A stretch of DNA of 64,000 nucleotides, taken from positions 96,001 to 160,000 of the forward strand of contig JBFWNU010000008.1 in assembly GCA_050250895.1 (NCBI GenBank). The letters are read 5' to 3'. The translations under genes were made by a program, and so were the position numbers. The stretch comes from Vulcanimicrobiota bacterium (GTDB taxonomy: Bacteria; Vulcanimicrobiota; Xenobia; Xenobiales; JADMJV01). The notes beneath the pieces are model-generated. The model searched no databases. It was not told where the DNA came from and saw only the letters and a list, made by a program, of their open reading frames with translations. The first letter of the stretch is position 1, and each line of letters begins with the position of its first letter. This document shows, one piece after another, positions 1 through 9,221 of this stretch.

Positions 1-1
1 C

Positions 2-916
2 GTGGTGTTACCCCTGACCGAGCGCGAGGGAATCTCCATCTCGTTAGGCACCCGGCATCGCGCCGCCCTGGGGGCGTCTGAGGTTTGCGACTGTGCGGTG
101 GTGGTGATCTCTGAGGAGCGAGGAACCGTTTCGGTGGCCATCGACGGCGAGCTGGCCAGTTACGCAGGGCGCGGCGAACTCTACGATTGCCTGGCTTCGC
201 ACCTGTGGCCCCAGGAGCCGGAGTGGAAGAAGCCGCGAGCCACTCTAATTCAGCGCCTTCGCGACGGCTGGCCTTCGAAGGTGCTTTCGGCGGTGCTGGC
301 GGCCCTGCTCTGGGCCACCCTGGGAGTGCGCCACGACCGGGTGCTCGACCTCGAGCTACCCCTCGAGGTGCGCGTTTCGGACAGGGTGCTGGTCACCTCG
401 GGCCTGGCCGACAGGGTCAGGGTTCGAGTGAGTGCGCCCGAGGCGGTGCTAAGAAACCTCGACCGTGACCGGATGGCACCGATCATCGAATTGCCCGATA
501 TCGAACCTGGACGTTCCCGGATTTCTTTGTATCCTTATCTCACCGATCTCCCGGGAGGGGCAAAACTGGTTTGGGTCCGGCCCGACCATCTCGACCTTGA
601 GGTCGAACCCAAGCGGGTCGTGTCGGTGCCGCTGTCGCTCGAGGTGGAGGGAGAGCCTGCTGAGGGTTATGTGGCTGGCGAGCCGGTGTTGGAGCCGGCC
701 AAAATCCAGGTGGAGGGGCCGGCCAGTTCCCTTCGCAACGGTCGGCGTCCAACCGTCGTGGCCGGACTCGTCCGCCTCGAGGGAACCGAGCGAGAGCCGG
801 TGTCGGTGCGCCGCGCCCCTCTGCTCGAGGATGCCCCCGATGAATGGCGATTGGTGGACCCTTACCAGCTGGTCAAGGTTCGCGTGCCGGTCAAGCCCGT
901 GCCCGACGACGGCTAA
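2..916 (+). CDS. cdaA: Diadenylate cyclase (DisA_N/CdaA) C-terminal part fused to a TM helix and YbbR/CdaR-like domains; 5' end outside window
   Basis: DAC motif LGTRHRAALG...VVISEERGTVS, then hydrophobic helix KVLSAVLAALLWATLG and beta-rich YbbR-like repeats (V.GEPAEGY....P...P.KIQVEGP), all in one frame. Confidence 0.8.
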   Translation: MVLPLTEREGISISLGTRHRAALGASEVCDCAVVVISEERGTVSVAIDGELASYAGRGELYDCLASHLWPQEPEWKKPRATLIQRLRDGWPSKVLSAVLAALLWATLGVRHDRVLDLELPLEVRVSDRVLVTSGLADRVRVRVSAPEAVLRNLDRDRMAPIIELPDIEPGRSRISLYPYLTDLPGGAKLVWVRPDHLDLEVEPKRVVSVPLSLEVEGEPAEGYVAGEPVLEPAKIQVEGPASSLRNGRRPTVVAGLVRLEGTEREPVSVRRAPLLEDAPDEWRLVDPYQLVKVRVPVKPVPDDG

Positions 917-1001
917 CCCATTGGGATGTCCCTCCAGGTGCCTGGCGAGTCTTCGGCCGACCTTCGATCTCGATTAAGCTAGAGGGGAAAGGAGGCTTTC
1001 A

Positions 1002-1394
1002 ATGCTGATTTCTGTTTTTGAAACCCGAACCGGCGCCCGCCGGGTTCTGGCCGAGCTGACCTCGCGCGGCTTCGACCAATCTTCGATGTCGATCCTTACG
1101 AGGAATCAGAGGCCCATACCGGTAGAACTGCCTGACCGCTATCGTAGCGCTCTGGGGCGTGGGCAGGTGTTGTTGCTGGCCGAGGCCGAGCCCGCTCAGA
1201 TTCGTCAAGTTCGTTCCCTGTTGCCGGCGGACACCGAGGTGGTGAACGCCGAGGACCTGCGTCCGGCAGCGGCAGGAAAGGATTGGGGCCTGGTTGAGGA
1301 GATTGGCTGGGAATCGTTTCCGGCCAGCGACCCGCCGGGCTCGTACGCCTTTGGCCGGCGTCCCGAGACCCGCGATCCTCATCCGCCCAATTAG
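1002..1394 (+). CDS. Hypothetical protein with general-stress-protein (YflT/17M)-like N-terminus and a C-terminal ESFPASDPP motif
   Basis: RBS GGAGG upstream; N-terminus ISVFETRTGARRVLAELTSRGFDQSSMSIL; followed by a hairpin terminator. Confidence 0.6.
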   Translation: MLISVFETRTGARRVLAELTSRGFDQSSMSILTRNQRPIPVELPDRYRSALGRGQVLLLAEAEPAQIRQVRSLLPADTEVVNAEDLRPAAAGKDWGLVEEIGWESFPASDPPGSYAFGRRPETRDPHPPN

Positions 1395-1406
1395 TCCACC
1401 AAACCC

Positions 1407-1438
1407 AAATGCGCCCGGTGTTGTTGCCGGGCGCATTT
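1407..1438 (+). terminator. Intrinsic terminator-like hairpin, possibly bidirectional
   Basis: Perfect 12-bp stem AAATGCGCCCGG/CCGGGCGCATTT just after the 1394 stop. Confidence 0.65.
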
Positions 1439-1446
1439 CTGTGTAC

Positions 1447-1477
1447 AAAAAAGAGACGAGCTCGTTTCCGAGCTCGT
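1447..1477 (-). terminator. Intrinsic terminator for the minus-strand gene ending at 1506
   Basis: 9-bp stem ACGAGCTCG/CGAGCTCGT next to an A-run (U-tail on the minus strand). Confidence 0.55.
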
Positions 1478-1505
1478 TCTGGCCGCCCCCTTGCGACGAT
1501 TACGG

Positions 1506-2144
1506 TCACACATCCAGCTGAGGGTGATTGTCAAAGCCTGCGATGAAATCGTGACGCGCCACCAGAATGGCGGCCAGCAGGACGTAGGCCAACAGCACCG
1601 GTGTGGCCGGGCTGGGGGGACCCAGCAGCAGGACCGAAAGATAAGCGAGGGTGATGACAGCGCAATCGAAGGCGGTCTGCCGAGTGTCGGCCGAGGTGGC
1701 CTGGGCGGCGGCGAAGACGGCCGTGAAAAAGGCAACGGCCCACAGCGTCGTTACCCACAGCGCGGCTACCGACACGGCCAGGGGGTCGAATTGGTTCCAG
1801 ACCATGATAGGCAGCGAGAGGATCAGCGGCAGGGCCACGTAACGGAACGTGATCAGCCCCAGCGCGTCAACCACGGCCGCACCCGACACGGTCGTTTGGC
1901 GAATGCAGGCGAAGATGCCTCGAGAGTAAACCGAACGCACGGCATAGCCGAAATAGACGCAGGCTGCCAGGGCGGCGGCGCCGGTGGCCAGCATCCAGGT
2001 GGCCAGGCCTTGCAGACCGGGTGCGGTCGCGAGGATCAGGGCGGGGGGGAGAAAGATGACGGCGACAGCGGGCAACTCGCGCCGTTTAATGCGAGTAAGC
2101 ACCTCGGCCACCGATTGGGTCTGAAGCAGGTGATTGCGGGACAA
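1506..2144 (-). CDS. Hypothetical multi-pass membrane protein
   Basis: About six hydrophobic segments; RBS (AAGGAGG on minus strand) upstream. Confidence 0.65.
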   Translation of the reverse strand: MSRNHLLQTQSVAEVLTRIKRRELPAVAVIFLPPALILATAPGLQGLATWMLATGAAALAACVYFGYAVRSVYSRGIFACIRQTTVSGAAVVDALGLITFRYVALPLILSLPIMVWNQFDPLAVSVAALWVTTLWAVAFFTAVFAAAQATSADTRQTAFDCAVITLAYLSVLLLGPPSPATPVLLAYVLLAAILVARHDFIAGFDNHPQLDV

Positions 2145-2358
2145 GAGAGGCCTCCTTGATAGGATTGGCGGCTTGAAGCCACTTTCTTCAAGCCTATCAT
2201 CGGCAGGTCGTGCCGTTTCAGATGCACCCGGCTAGCCGGGGCCCATCCAAACGGATAGTCAACCGGGGGATACTCCCACGGGATGGGGCGACCGGATTCG
2301 CCTGGAGATGTCGCTGAAGGGCTGCCGGGCGCTAGCCTGAGGGTAGGAGGACCATCCC

Positions 2359-2721
2359 ATGAAATTTCTGCTAGCTTTTATCATCGCCTGGGTGCTCAAC
2401 GCCCTGGCCCTCGGCCTGGCGGCCGCAATCGTTCCGGGAGTGCGGGTCAAGAGTGTCAAGGGAGCCATGTTGGGAGCCCTGGCCCTGGGGTTCATCTCGA
2501 CGGTGGTGGCCCCCATCGTGACTTTCCTTTCGCTACCACTGACGGTACTGACCCTCGGCCTGTTCTTGTTCGTGCTGGTAGGACTTCTTTTCTGGCTGGG
2601 GGCCGGACTGGTGCCAGACTTCGAAGTCGATGGCTGCCTGTCGGGATTTCTCGGCGCCGTGGTGCTGAGCCTCATCAACTGGGGGCTGAGTCTTTTCATC
2701 AACTACTCTGGTTGGTGGTAA
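2359..2721 (+). CDS. YvlD/DUF360 ('phage holin family 4') membrane protein
   Basis: AGGAGG RBS; pattern AIVPGVRV...LSLPLTVLTLGLFLFV...VPDFEVDG...GAVVLSLINW. Confidence 0.8.
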   Translation: MKFLLAFIIAWVLNALALGLAAAIVPGVRVKSVKGAMLGALALGFISTVVAPIVTFLSLPLTVLTLGLFLFVLVGLLFWLGAGLVPDFEVDGCLSGFLGAVVLSLINWGLSLFINYSGWW

Positions 2722-2744
2722 GGAATGCATAAGCTCGCCTCGAC

Positions 2745-2984
2745 CGCGGCTTGACGGGAGCATCGAGAACGTATGGTCCGGAGCGTAACTGGAGGGTTGG
2801 CGGCGTTCTCGCTGCTCCCTATCGGCGCTTCGCGCCGCGCCGCTGGGCCGACTCCTTATGAGCGTCGGCCCAGTCGCGGCTTGACGGGAGCATCGAGAAC
2901 GTATGGTCCGGAGCGTAACTGGAGGGTTGGCGGCGTTCTCGCTGCTCCCTATCGGCGCTTCGCGCCGCGCCGCTGGGCCGACTC
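2745..2984. repeat. Two identical 110-bp direct repeats (2745-2854 and 2875-2984) with internal palindromes; REP/BIME-like
   Basis: 130-bp period; stems GGGAGCATCGAGAACG/CGTTCTCGCTGCTCCC and CGGCGC-TTC-GCGCCG; lies between convergent genes. Confidence 0.85.
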
Positions 2985-3750
2985 AGTCGATGAGGCGGGC
3001 GCGGAAGTTTTTGGCGCCGAGCTTGAGCACTAAGGAGTGGGGGAGGACGGCACCCAACCTGGCCAATACGGTGTTGGCCAGACCCGTGATCACCTCGCGC
3101 CGGCCCGAGAAGAGGGCGTCCAGACCCTGGCGAGCTACCTCTTCGGCGGCCATTCCGGTGGTCGCGAAGAGTTCCTTGCCGCGCGGCTTGGCCCGCTTGC
3201 CAAAACCGGTGATGGTGGGGCCCGGGTTGAGACAGCACACCTTGACGCCGTATTCCTCATATTCGTGCGAGAGAGCCAGGCTCAGGCTGCGAACGAAAGC
3301 TTTGGTAGCCGCGTAGTTGGCAAAGTAGGGAAGGGGAAAAAAGCCGGCCGTGGAGGCGACATTGAGAATGTAGCCGCGGCCGGCTTCGCGCATGCTCTGC
3401 CCGAATAGGGCGCACAGCTCGCTCAAGGCAACCATGTTGAGCTGGCACATCCCGGTCAGGGTAGAAAGCTGAAGGTTCTCGTGGCGGATCACCTTGCCAA
3501 ACCCGGCATTGTTGACCAGCACCTCGATTTCGAGCTCTCGCTCGCGGCAGGCCTCAAAGAGCTGGCGCGCCGCGCCGGGTTGAGCGAGATCCAGGGGGAT
3601 GACGGTGGCTCCGTAGGGCAAGGCTTCGGCCAGAGCTTGCATCGGCTCGGCGGTGCGCGCGGTCAAGATCAGGTGGTAGCCGCGCTGACCCAATAGTTTA
3701 GCCATTTCTAGCCCGATGCCCGAAGAGGCACCGGTGACCAGGGCTCTCAC
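2983..3750 (-). CDS. Short-chain dehydrogenase/reductase (SDR)
   Basis: TGASSGIG, VLVNNAGFG, YAATK catalytic motif. Confidence 0.92.
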   Translation of the reverse strand: MRALVTGASSGIGLEMAKLLGQRGYHLILTARTAEPMQALAEALPYGATVIPLDLAQPGAARQLFEACRERELEIEVLVNNAGFGKVIRHENLQLSTLTGMCQLNMVALSELCALFGQSMREAGRGYILNVASTAGFFPLPYFANYAATKAFVRSLSLALSHEYEEYGVKVCCLNPGPTITGFGKRAKPRGKELFATTGMAAEEVARQGLDALFSGRREVITGLANTVLARLGAVLPHSLVLKLGAKNFRARLID

Positions 3751-6700
3751 TTTTCAGCCCATTCCTGGGCCTTCTCGACCGCGCCCACGGCGGCCCCGGT
3801 CAATAGACCAGCCAGAGCCCCGGTGATGGCCCCCACCGGGGCTCCCACCAATCCGGCCAGAAAATGCCCCACCAGTCCGGCCAGTTTGCGATGGGTCACC
3901 AGTCCCGGCGTCTCGGCGGGAGCGATCATCGCCGGATTAGCGATGCGTGCGTAGCGCTTTCTGGCTTCGGCAATTGTCTCGGCCTTCTTCGGCTCTTTGG
4001 CGGCCGGGGCGTGGGTGGGGGCCGGGGCGGGCGCCTGAGCCTCGGCGTCGGGGCTGGGCACGGGCGGATTGAGCGCTTGTTCGATGGCTCGTTTGTTGGG
4101 CGAATAGTCCTGGTCGAGCGAACGACCGGTGGCGCCGGCAAACCCCCCGGCTACCACTCCCGAGGCGAGACCGAGGGCCCCACCCACCAGCGCGCCCACC
4201 ACGCCACCAGCCACACCCTTGACGGTGTGACTCAGGCGGGCCAACAGGCCGGGGTCGACGGTCGACGGCTGCTTGCTGGTGAGAAATTCTTGTTCGGTTC
4301 TGGCCACCTGCTCGAGGTTGATGGCCTCGAGCTTCTCGACCTGGGCGATATTCTGACGCCCGACTTCTTGATAGAGACGGGACTCGGCGATCTCATAGGC
4401 CGAGCGCTGGTCGCCGACGCTCATGATGAGTTTGAGAAAGTCGGTGTATCTGGTCGTTTGCAGCAAATCGGTGGGCAAGCCCTGGCGGAACGGGTACTCG
4501 TGCGGGGTCAGGGGCAAGTTGAGCGACGGCCCTTCGCGACCCTCGTAATCTTGGGTCGTCTCTTGCGAGATGACCTGGGCCCGGACCGCGTCGGCCAGTT
4601 GGCGGCCCGCTTCGCGCACGGCTTGGGGCAGGCGACGGTCCTCGCTGGTCCGCTGGGCAACCTGGATGACATCTCTGAGGGTCGACCCGATGCCGGGTCC
4701 GCCGGCCGGGTGAATGTTGTAGGTGGGACAGTGTTGGATGACGTCCCGCAGGTCACGAGCGCAGCCGGGGTTGGCCAGGCAAGCCTCGAAGAAGCCTTCC
4801 AGCGCTTGGCGCGCCGCTTCGTTCTTTTTGGGGTCCAGGTCGTAAGAGCCGTAAATCAGCGCGCTTCGGCGGTTGGCCTTGCCTTCGCTAAAGCCGGTGG
4901 CCTGCATGGCCACCTCGACCATCTTCTTGCCGAAGCTGACCGAGTCGGCGTCGGCCGTGGTCGGGTCGTTCATGTAGTCGAGGGTGGGCTTGTGGTAGAG
5001 TTCGTCCAGCAAGTTCTCGGGCGAAGCCGAGAGCACTTCGACATCGCCACGACGAGCCAGTTCGTCTACCAGCGAAGTGTTGGCCATCAGGCAACTGGCC
5101 ATGACCAGGTTCTGGATCTTGGGGCGCTTGCCCGTCTCCTGGGTGATGCGATCGAGGGCCGAGCTGATTGCCTGGGCGAAGTCACCCACCGGGATATTGG
5201 CCACCCGATCGCCTTTGAGGTCGTCGACCACGCCCAGCTCGGCTCCGCCGTGACCAAACACCATCAGCCGAATGTTGTTGCGGTCGGGAAAGTCCTTGAC
5301 CGCGTTGTAGACGAAGTCTTCAAAGGTCTTGGCGTCACCCATCGAGGTGCTCGGGCTGAGTCGCTTGAGCGGCTCGAGTTGGCCCGGCTGGACGTAGTCC
5401 ATCCGAAGCGAGTTCTTGGCGAACAGGTCGGCATGCATCATTACCACATCGGTCTGTTCGGAGGATCCCTGTTCTTTGAGCTTGAGCACGGCATCATCGT
5501 AGTAGATGAATTTGCCGGTCGGGTCGTGCAGCGGGTGGTGATAGACCAGGAACAGGTTCGTCTTCGGCACCGATGGGTCGATGCGGGGACGGTCGACCTT
5601 TTGTAAAGGGGCTAGCTGATCCAGCTCGCGAGCGTTGAGACTTTTGAGCTGGCCGTCAGGTTGCTCGAGAAAGATCCGAGTGCCAGCGGAGAGGAGCTGG
5701 TTGGCTTCGACCGGGTCGATGGCCCGGGTGCTGTTGCCGCCGGCCGGCCCCCAGATGCGGCAGCCACGCTGCTCGAGTTCTACAAACTGACGGGCACGTT
5801 GAAAGTCTCTCTCGCTGCCGACGGCTCGATAGCTTTCGGTGAGGAACTGCTCGGGGTTGTTGCAAGCCACCATGTCGCCGCCGGGGGTCAGGATGGCGGC
5901 TTCGTGCCCGCTGTTGAGAGCGACCACCATCTGCTCGGGGGTGGCTTTGAGCAGGGCCCCCTTGAAGTCGCCCTGGGTATGGCGAATGAACATGATGCCG
6001 CCAGCCTTGTTCACATTCTGGCCGGCTGTCTCGAGCCGGAAGGTCTGATAGCTTGTCTGGCCGCGTTTTTCGGAAAGCAGTTTGAGTTCTTCGAGCGTCA
6101 ACAGGGACGGATAGTGGGGCATGTCTCCGGCGGTCAGCACTCGGGCCGAGCGACCTTCGGACAGATCCTCGAGCATCTTCTTGTGGGCCAATACGGGGCT
6201 GGTCTCCGCGGTTTCGACCTTCCGAGCATTCCACTGGGTCTCGATGTCGCTCCAGTATTTTCCGCCGTAGTCGGTCACCAGCATGTCGTCGGGATAATCG
6301 ATGTTGGGCATCACCAACACACCCTGGCCGGCAAGTTGGTCGAGTAACTTGACGGTAGAGACCTGTTCGGGACTGGCTTGTGAGGCCTCCAGGTGGCCGT
6401 TGCGGCCAAGCTCTTGCGTGCGGCCGTCAGCGTCGACGCAGCGTAGCTTCTCGCCCCGCGCCAGCAAGATCGCCGCCCCGGCCGCGTCGGTGCGCATCCA
6501 GTTGTCGTGGGTGCGCACCGGCAAAAAGCCCATGACCTTGTCGCCCTGAAGCGGGAAGAAGAGGGTAGTGCCGCTGTCTTCGGCTGCCTTGAGTTCTTGA
6601 TAACGCTGGGCCAGAGCCGGCGGCGCCTCGCCCCCGCTGGTCAGGGCGGTGTAATTCTTGACCTCGTCGAGGTTGGCGAACGCGCCCACCACGGTGTGGG

Positions 6701-6995
6701 GGCGAGCGATGCGAACCAGGCCGACCTGACCCTTTTGCCAGGCCTCGGACAGGTTCTTTTCCTGGTCGCCGGTGAGCCCGGCTCCGCTGTTGGTCAGCTC
6801 GCTTAAGGCCTGGCCGAGGGGTGACTGTTTTACCGGGGGCGGGGGGGGAGGGGCGGGGCGAGCTGAACCGGCCGCGATATCCAAAAGGTTATCGACCAGA
6901 TCGACCGGCATGTTGGTCGTCTCTGGCGCCTGGGCTCGCCGAGTCGGGGGGGTCGGGAGCGCTTTGGGAGTATCGGGTCTGATCCCATCGAGCAC
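3747..6995 (-). CDS. Large protein with a clostripain-like (peptidase C11) cysteine protease domain and C-terminal glycine-zipper helices
   Basis: LMVFGHGGAELG (His) and LVMASCLMAN (Cys) match the C11 dyad context; SASPE motif; GVAGGVVGALVGGALGL near the C-terminus. Confidence 0.7.
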   Translation of the reverse strand: MLDGIRPDTPKALPTPPTRRAQAPETTNMPVDLVDNLLDIAAGSARPAPPPPPPVKQSPLGQALSELTNSGAGLTGDQEKNLSEAWQKGQVGLVRIARPHTVVGAFANLDEVKNYTALTSGGEAPPALAQRYQELKAAEDSGTTLFFPLQGDKVMGFLPVRTHDNWMRTDAAGAAILLARGEKLRCVDADGRTQELGRNGHLEASQASPEQVSTVKLLDQLAGQGVLVMPNIDYPDDMLVTDYGGKYWSDIETQWNARKVETAETSPVLAHKKMLEDLSEGRSARVLTAGDMPHYPSLLTLEELKLLSEKRGQTSYQTFRLETAGQNVNKAGGIMFIRHTQGDFKGALLKATPEQMVVALNSGHEAAILTPGGDMVACNNPEQFLTESYRAVGSERDFQRARQFVELEQRGCRIWGPAGGNSTRAIDPVEANQLLSAGTRIFLEQPDGQLKSLNARELDQLAPLQKVDRPRIDPSVPKTNLFLVYHHPLHDPTGKFIYYDDAVLKLKEQGSSEQTDVVMMHADLFAKNSLRMDYVQPGQLEPLKRLSPSTSMGDAKTFEDFVYNAVKDFPDRNNIRLMVFGHGGAELGVVDDLKGDRVANIPVGDFAQAISSALDRITQETGKRPKIQNLVMASCLMANTSLVDELARRGDVEVLSASPENLLDELYHKPTLDYMNDPTTADADSVSFGKKMVEVAMQATGFSEGKANRRSALIYGSYDLDPKKNEAARQALEGFFEACLANPGCARDLRDVIQHCPTYNIHPAGGPGIGSTLRDVIQVAQRTSEDRRLPQAVREAGRQLADAVRAQVISQETTQDYEGREGPSLNLPLTPHEYPFRQGLPTDLLQTTRYTDFLKLIMSVGDQRSAYEIAESRLYQEVGRQNIAQVEKLEAINLEQVARTEQEFLTSKQPSTVDPGLLARLSHTVKGVAGGVVGALVGGALGLASGVVAGGFAGATGRSLDQDYSPNKRAIEQALNPPVPSPDAEAQAPAPAPTHAPAAKEPKKAETIAEARKRYARIANPAMIAPAETPGLVTHRKLAGLVGHFLAGLVGAPVGAITGALAGLLTGAAVGAVEKAQEWAEK

Positions 6996-7078
6996 CCTGT
7001 CAGATTAGACGCCATGCCTGAAAAATCCCTTAACATAAAGGCTTCGATCGGACAGGGATGGGGAAAATGTTACATCTA

Positions 7079-7675
7079 TCAGCCGCGAAGATCGACCGCC
7101 GGGGCCACGCCTTGCTCGAGGCGGCGTAACTCTTCGCGGTATTGGTCGAGCGTCTGGCGTAGATAAACCATGCGGTGCTCGAGGTCGCCCTTGGCGTAAT
7201 ACAGCTCTTGATGGCGGGTGGTCTTGGTGCGCAGGTCGGTCTCGAGGTCCGAGTGGCGGTAACGGGCGCGGGAGAGGGAGTCCTCGACCCGCCAGATTTC
7301 GTCATTGAGCCGCCAGACCACATCGTTCCAATAGGCTCTCTCTTCGGGAGTTTCGGCGTAGCGGCGCTTCTCTTTGGCGTGGTGGCGCTTGGCCTCGAGG
7401 GTTTGCAGTTGACTGGTGAGGTTGTTGATCTGATAGCCCAGGGTCGACATCTCGGAGCGGATGCGATCCATCGCGTAGGTCAGCTGGGTCATCTCGCTTT
7501 CCATGTTCTGCTTGTTGGCTTGCATGTTGGAAAGCTCGTAGGAGATGCGCGAGATCTCGCTCCGAAGCCACTGCTTGCGCTGTTCGCGTTGCCAGTCGCC
7601 GTTTTCGACCCGGTCGGGCTCGGTCGGCCTGGCGGGTTGTCTGGTGGGCATGGCCCGCTTTGTAAGTGTATCCAT
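7079..7675 (-). CDS. Hypothetical coiled-coil protein
   Basis: Continuous heptad pattern; start taken at ATG 7675 (MDTLTKR), in frame with ORF 7079..7744. Confidence 0.65.
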   Translation of the reverse strand: MDTLTKRAMPTRQPARPTEPDRVENGDWQREQRKQWLRSEISRISYELSNMQANKQNMESEMTQLTYAMDRIRSEMSTLGYQINNLTSQLQTLEAKRHHAKEKRRYAETPEERAYWNDVVWRLNDEIWRVEDSLSRARYRHSDLETDLRTKTTRHQELYYAKGDLEHRMVYLRQTLDQYREELRRLEQGVAPAVDLRG

Positions 7676-7843
7676 GACAATCATGCTGGCCAGCATAGAG
7701 CAATCAGGTGCCGAGGTCTTTGCCAGCTTGTTGCCGGCTGGCAAACCAGCCTGGCGGGCGGCTTCGAGCCTGGTGCGGAAGGCTTTGCCGGCCAGTGGGC
7801 AGGGCAGGAATCCTTGGCTTGAAGGGCGCAGAGCCCCAAAGAT

Positions 7844-9220
7844 ATGGGTGTTTGCGACTACGACTTACTGGTTATCGGAGGCGGCTCGGGCGGCATCGGC
7901 GCGGCCCGACGGGCGAGCGAGTATGGCGCTAGAGTGGCCGTTTGCGAGCAATGGCAATATGGCGGTACCTGTGTTCACCGCGGTTGCATTCCCAAGAAGC
8001 TGATGGTCTACGCGGCCGAGTTCGCCGAGTCGTTGCGGTTGGCTCAGGCTTATGGCCACCAGGTCGAAGGCTGCTCGTTCTCGTGGTCTGACCTGATTGC
8101 CGCCAAGGACAAAGAACTCGAGCGACTCAACGGCTTTTACAACCAGACGCTCGACAACAACAAGATTGCCAAGCTGCAGGGTTACGCCCGCCTGCTCGAC
8201 CCTCACACCGTCGAGCTCGAGGGCAAACGGTATACCGCCGAGCGCATTCTGATCGCCGTGGGGGCCCGACCATGGACTCCCGAGTTTCCCGGGCGCGAGC
8301 TGTGTGTCACCTCGCGCGAGGCCTTCCATCTCGCCGAGCAGCCGAAGCGCGTTTTGGTGGTGGGCAGCGGCTACATCGGGGTCGAGTTTGCCGGCATCTT
8401 CAACGGTTTGGGTTCCGAGACTCATCTGATGTTTCGCAGTTCCAAGGTCTTGCCTGACTTCGATCAGGACATCCGCGACTCTCTCCAGGAAGAGATGGCC
8501 AAACGCGGCGTCATCTTTCATACCGGGGCGCGTATCAACGAGGTCAAACAGGGGGGGGCGTGCCTGCAGGTCGAGACCGATGGCGGGCAGACCCTCGAGG
8601 TCGACTGCGTGATGCTGGCCACCGGACGGGTGCCGGCCACGGCCGGTATAGGGCTGGAAGAGATCGGGGTCAAGCTGGGCCAGAACCGAGCCGTGGTTGT
8701 CGACGACCACTGGCGAACCAACCTCGAGAACGTCTACGCCATCGGGGATTGTATAGACCGAGTTCAGTTGACGCCGGTGGCCATTGCCGAGGGTCGGGCC
8801 CTGGCCGAGAACCTTTACAATCAGAACGCGGTGGCCGTCAGTTATGACAACATCCCCACGGCCGTCTTCTCCATCCCTCCCGTGGGGACCGTCGGGCTTT
8901 CCCAAGAGCAGGCGCAGAAGCGTTGCTCGGCCGGGGTCGATATCTATCGGGCTCGCTTTCGGCCGATGAAGTACACTCTTCCCGACAAAGACACCAAAGC
9001 CATGCTAAAGCTGGTGGTCGACCGCGGCAACCAGCGGGTGGTAGGGTGTCATATGGTGGGCGAACCGGCTTCTGAATTGATCCAGGCTCTGGCGGTTTGC
9101 GTGGTTTGTGGGGCCACCAAGACAGACTTCGACCGCACCATCGCGGTGCACCCCAGCACGGCTGAAGAATTCGTGCTGATGCGGCGTCCGTCCGAGAGCC
9201 TTGAACCTCTAGGAGTATAG
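7844..9220 (+). CDS. gor: Glutathione-disulfide reductase
   Basis: GGGSGG FAD site, GGTCVHRGCIPKK redox disulfide, GSGYIGVE, C-terminal HPSTAEEF. Confidence 0.9.
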   Translation: MGVCDYDLLVIGGGSGGIGAARRASEYGARVAVCEQWQYGGTCVHRGCIPKKLMVYAAEFAESLRLAQAYGHQVEGCSFSWSDLIAAKDKELERLNGFYNQTLDNNKIAKLQGYARLLDPHTVELEGKRYTAERILIAVGARPWTPEFPGRELCVTSREAFHLAEQPKRVLVVGSGYIGVEFAGIFNGLGSETHLMFRSSKVLPDFDQDIRDSLQEEMAKRGVIFHTGARINEVKQGGACLQVETDGGQTLEVDCVMLATGRVPATAGIGLEEIGVKLGQNRAVVVDDHWRTNLENVYAIGDCIDRVQLTPVAIAEGRALAENLYNQNAVAVSYDNIPTAVFSIPPVGTVGLSQEQAQKRCSAGVDIYRARFRPMKYTLPDKDTKAMLKLVVDRGNQRVVGCHMVGEPASELIQALAVCVVCGATKTDFDRTIAVHPSTAEEFVLMRRPSESLEPLGV

Positions 9221-9221
9221 T

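Noticed and set aside
2359-2721. 'Phage holin' as evidence of a prophage
   Set aside because: The YvlD/DUF360 family is a common chromosomal membrane protein, and no phage genes are nearby
2745-2984. CRISPR array or small ORFs (2773..3033, 2903..3316) in the 130-bp-period repeat
   Set aside because: Units are 110 bp, there are only two copies with a 20-bp linker, and no cas genes are present; the ORFs are by-products of the repeat or antisense to the SDR gene
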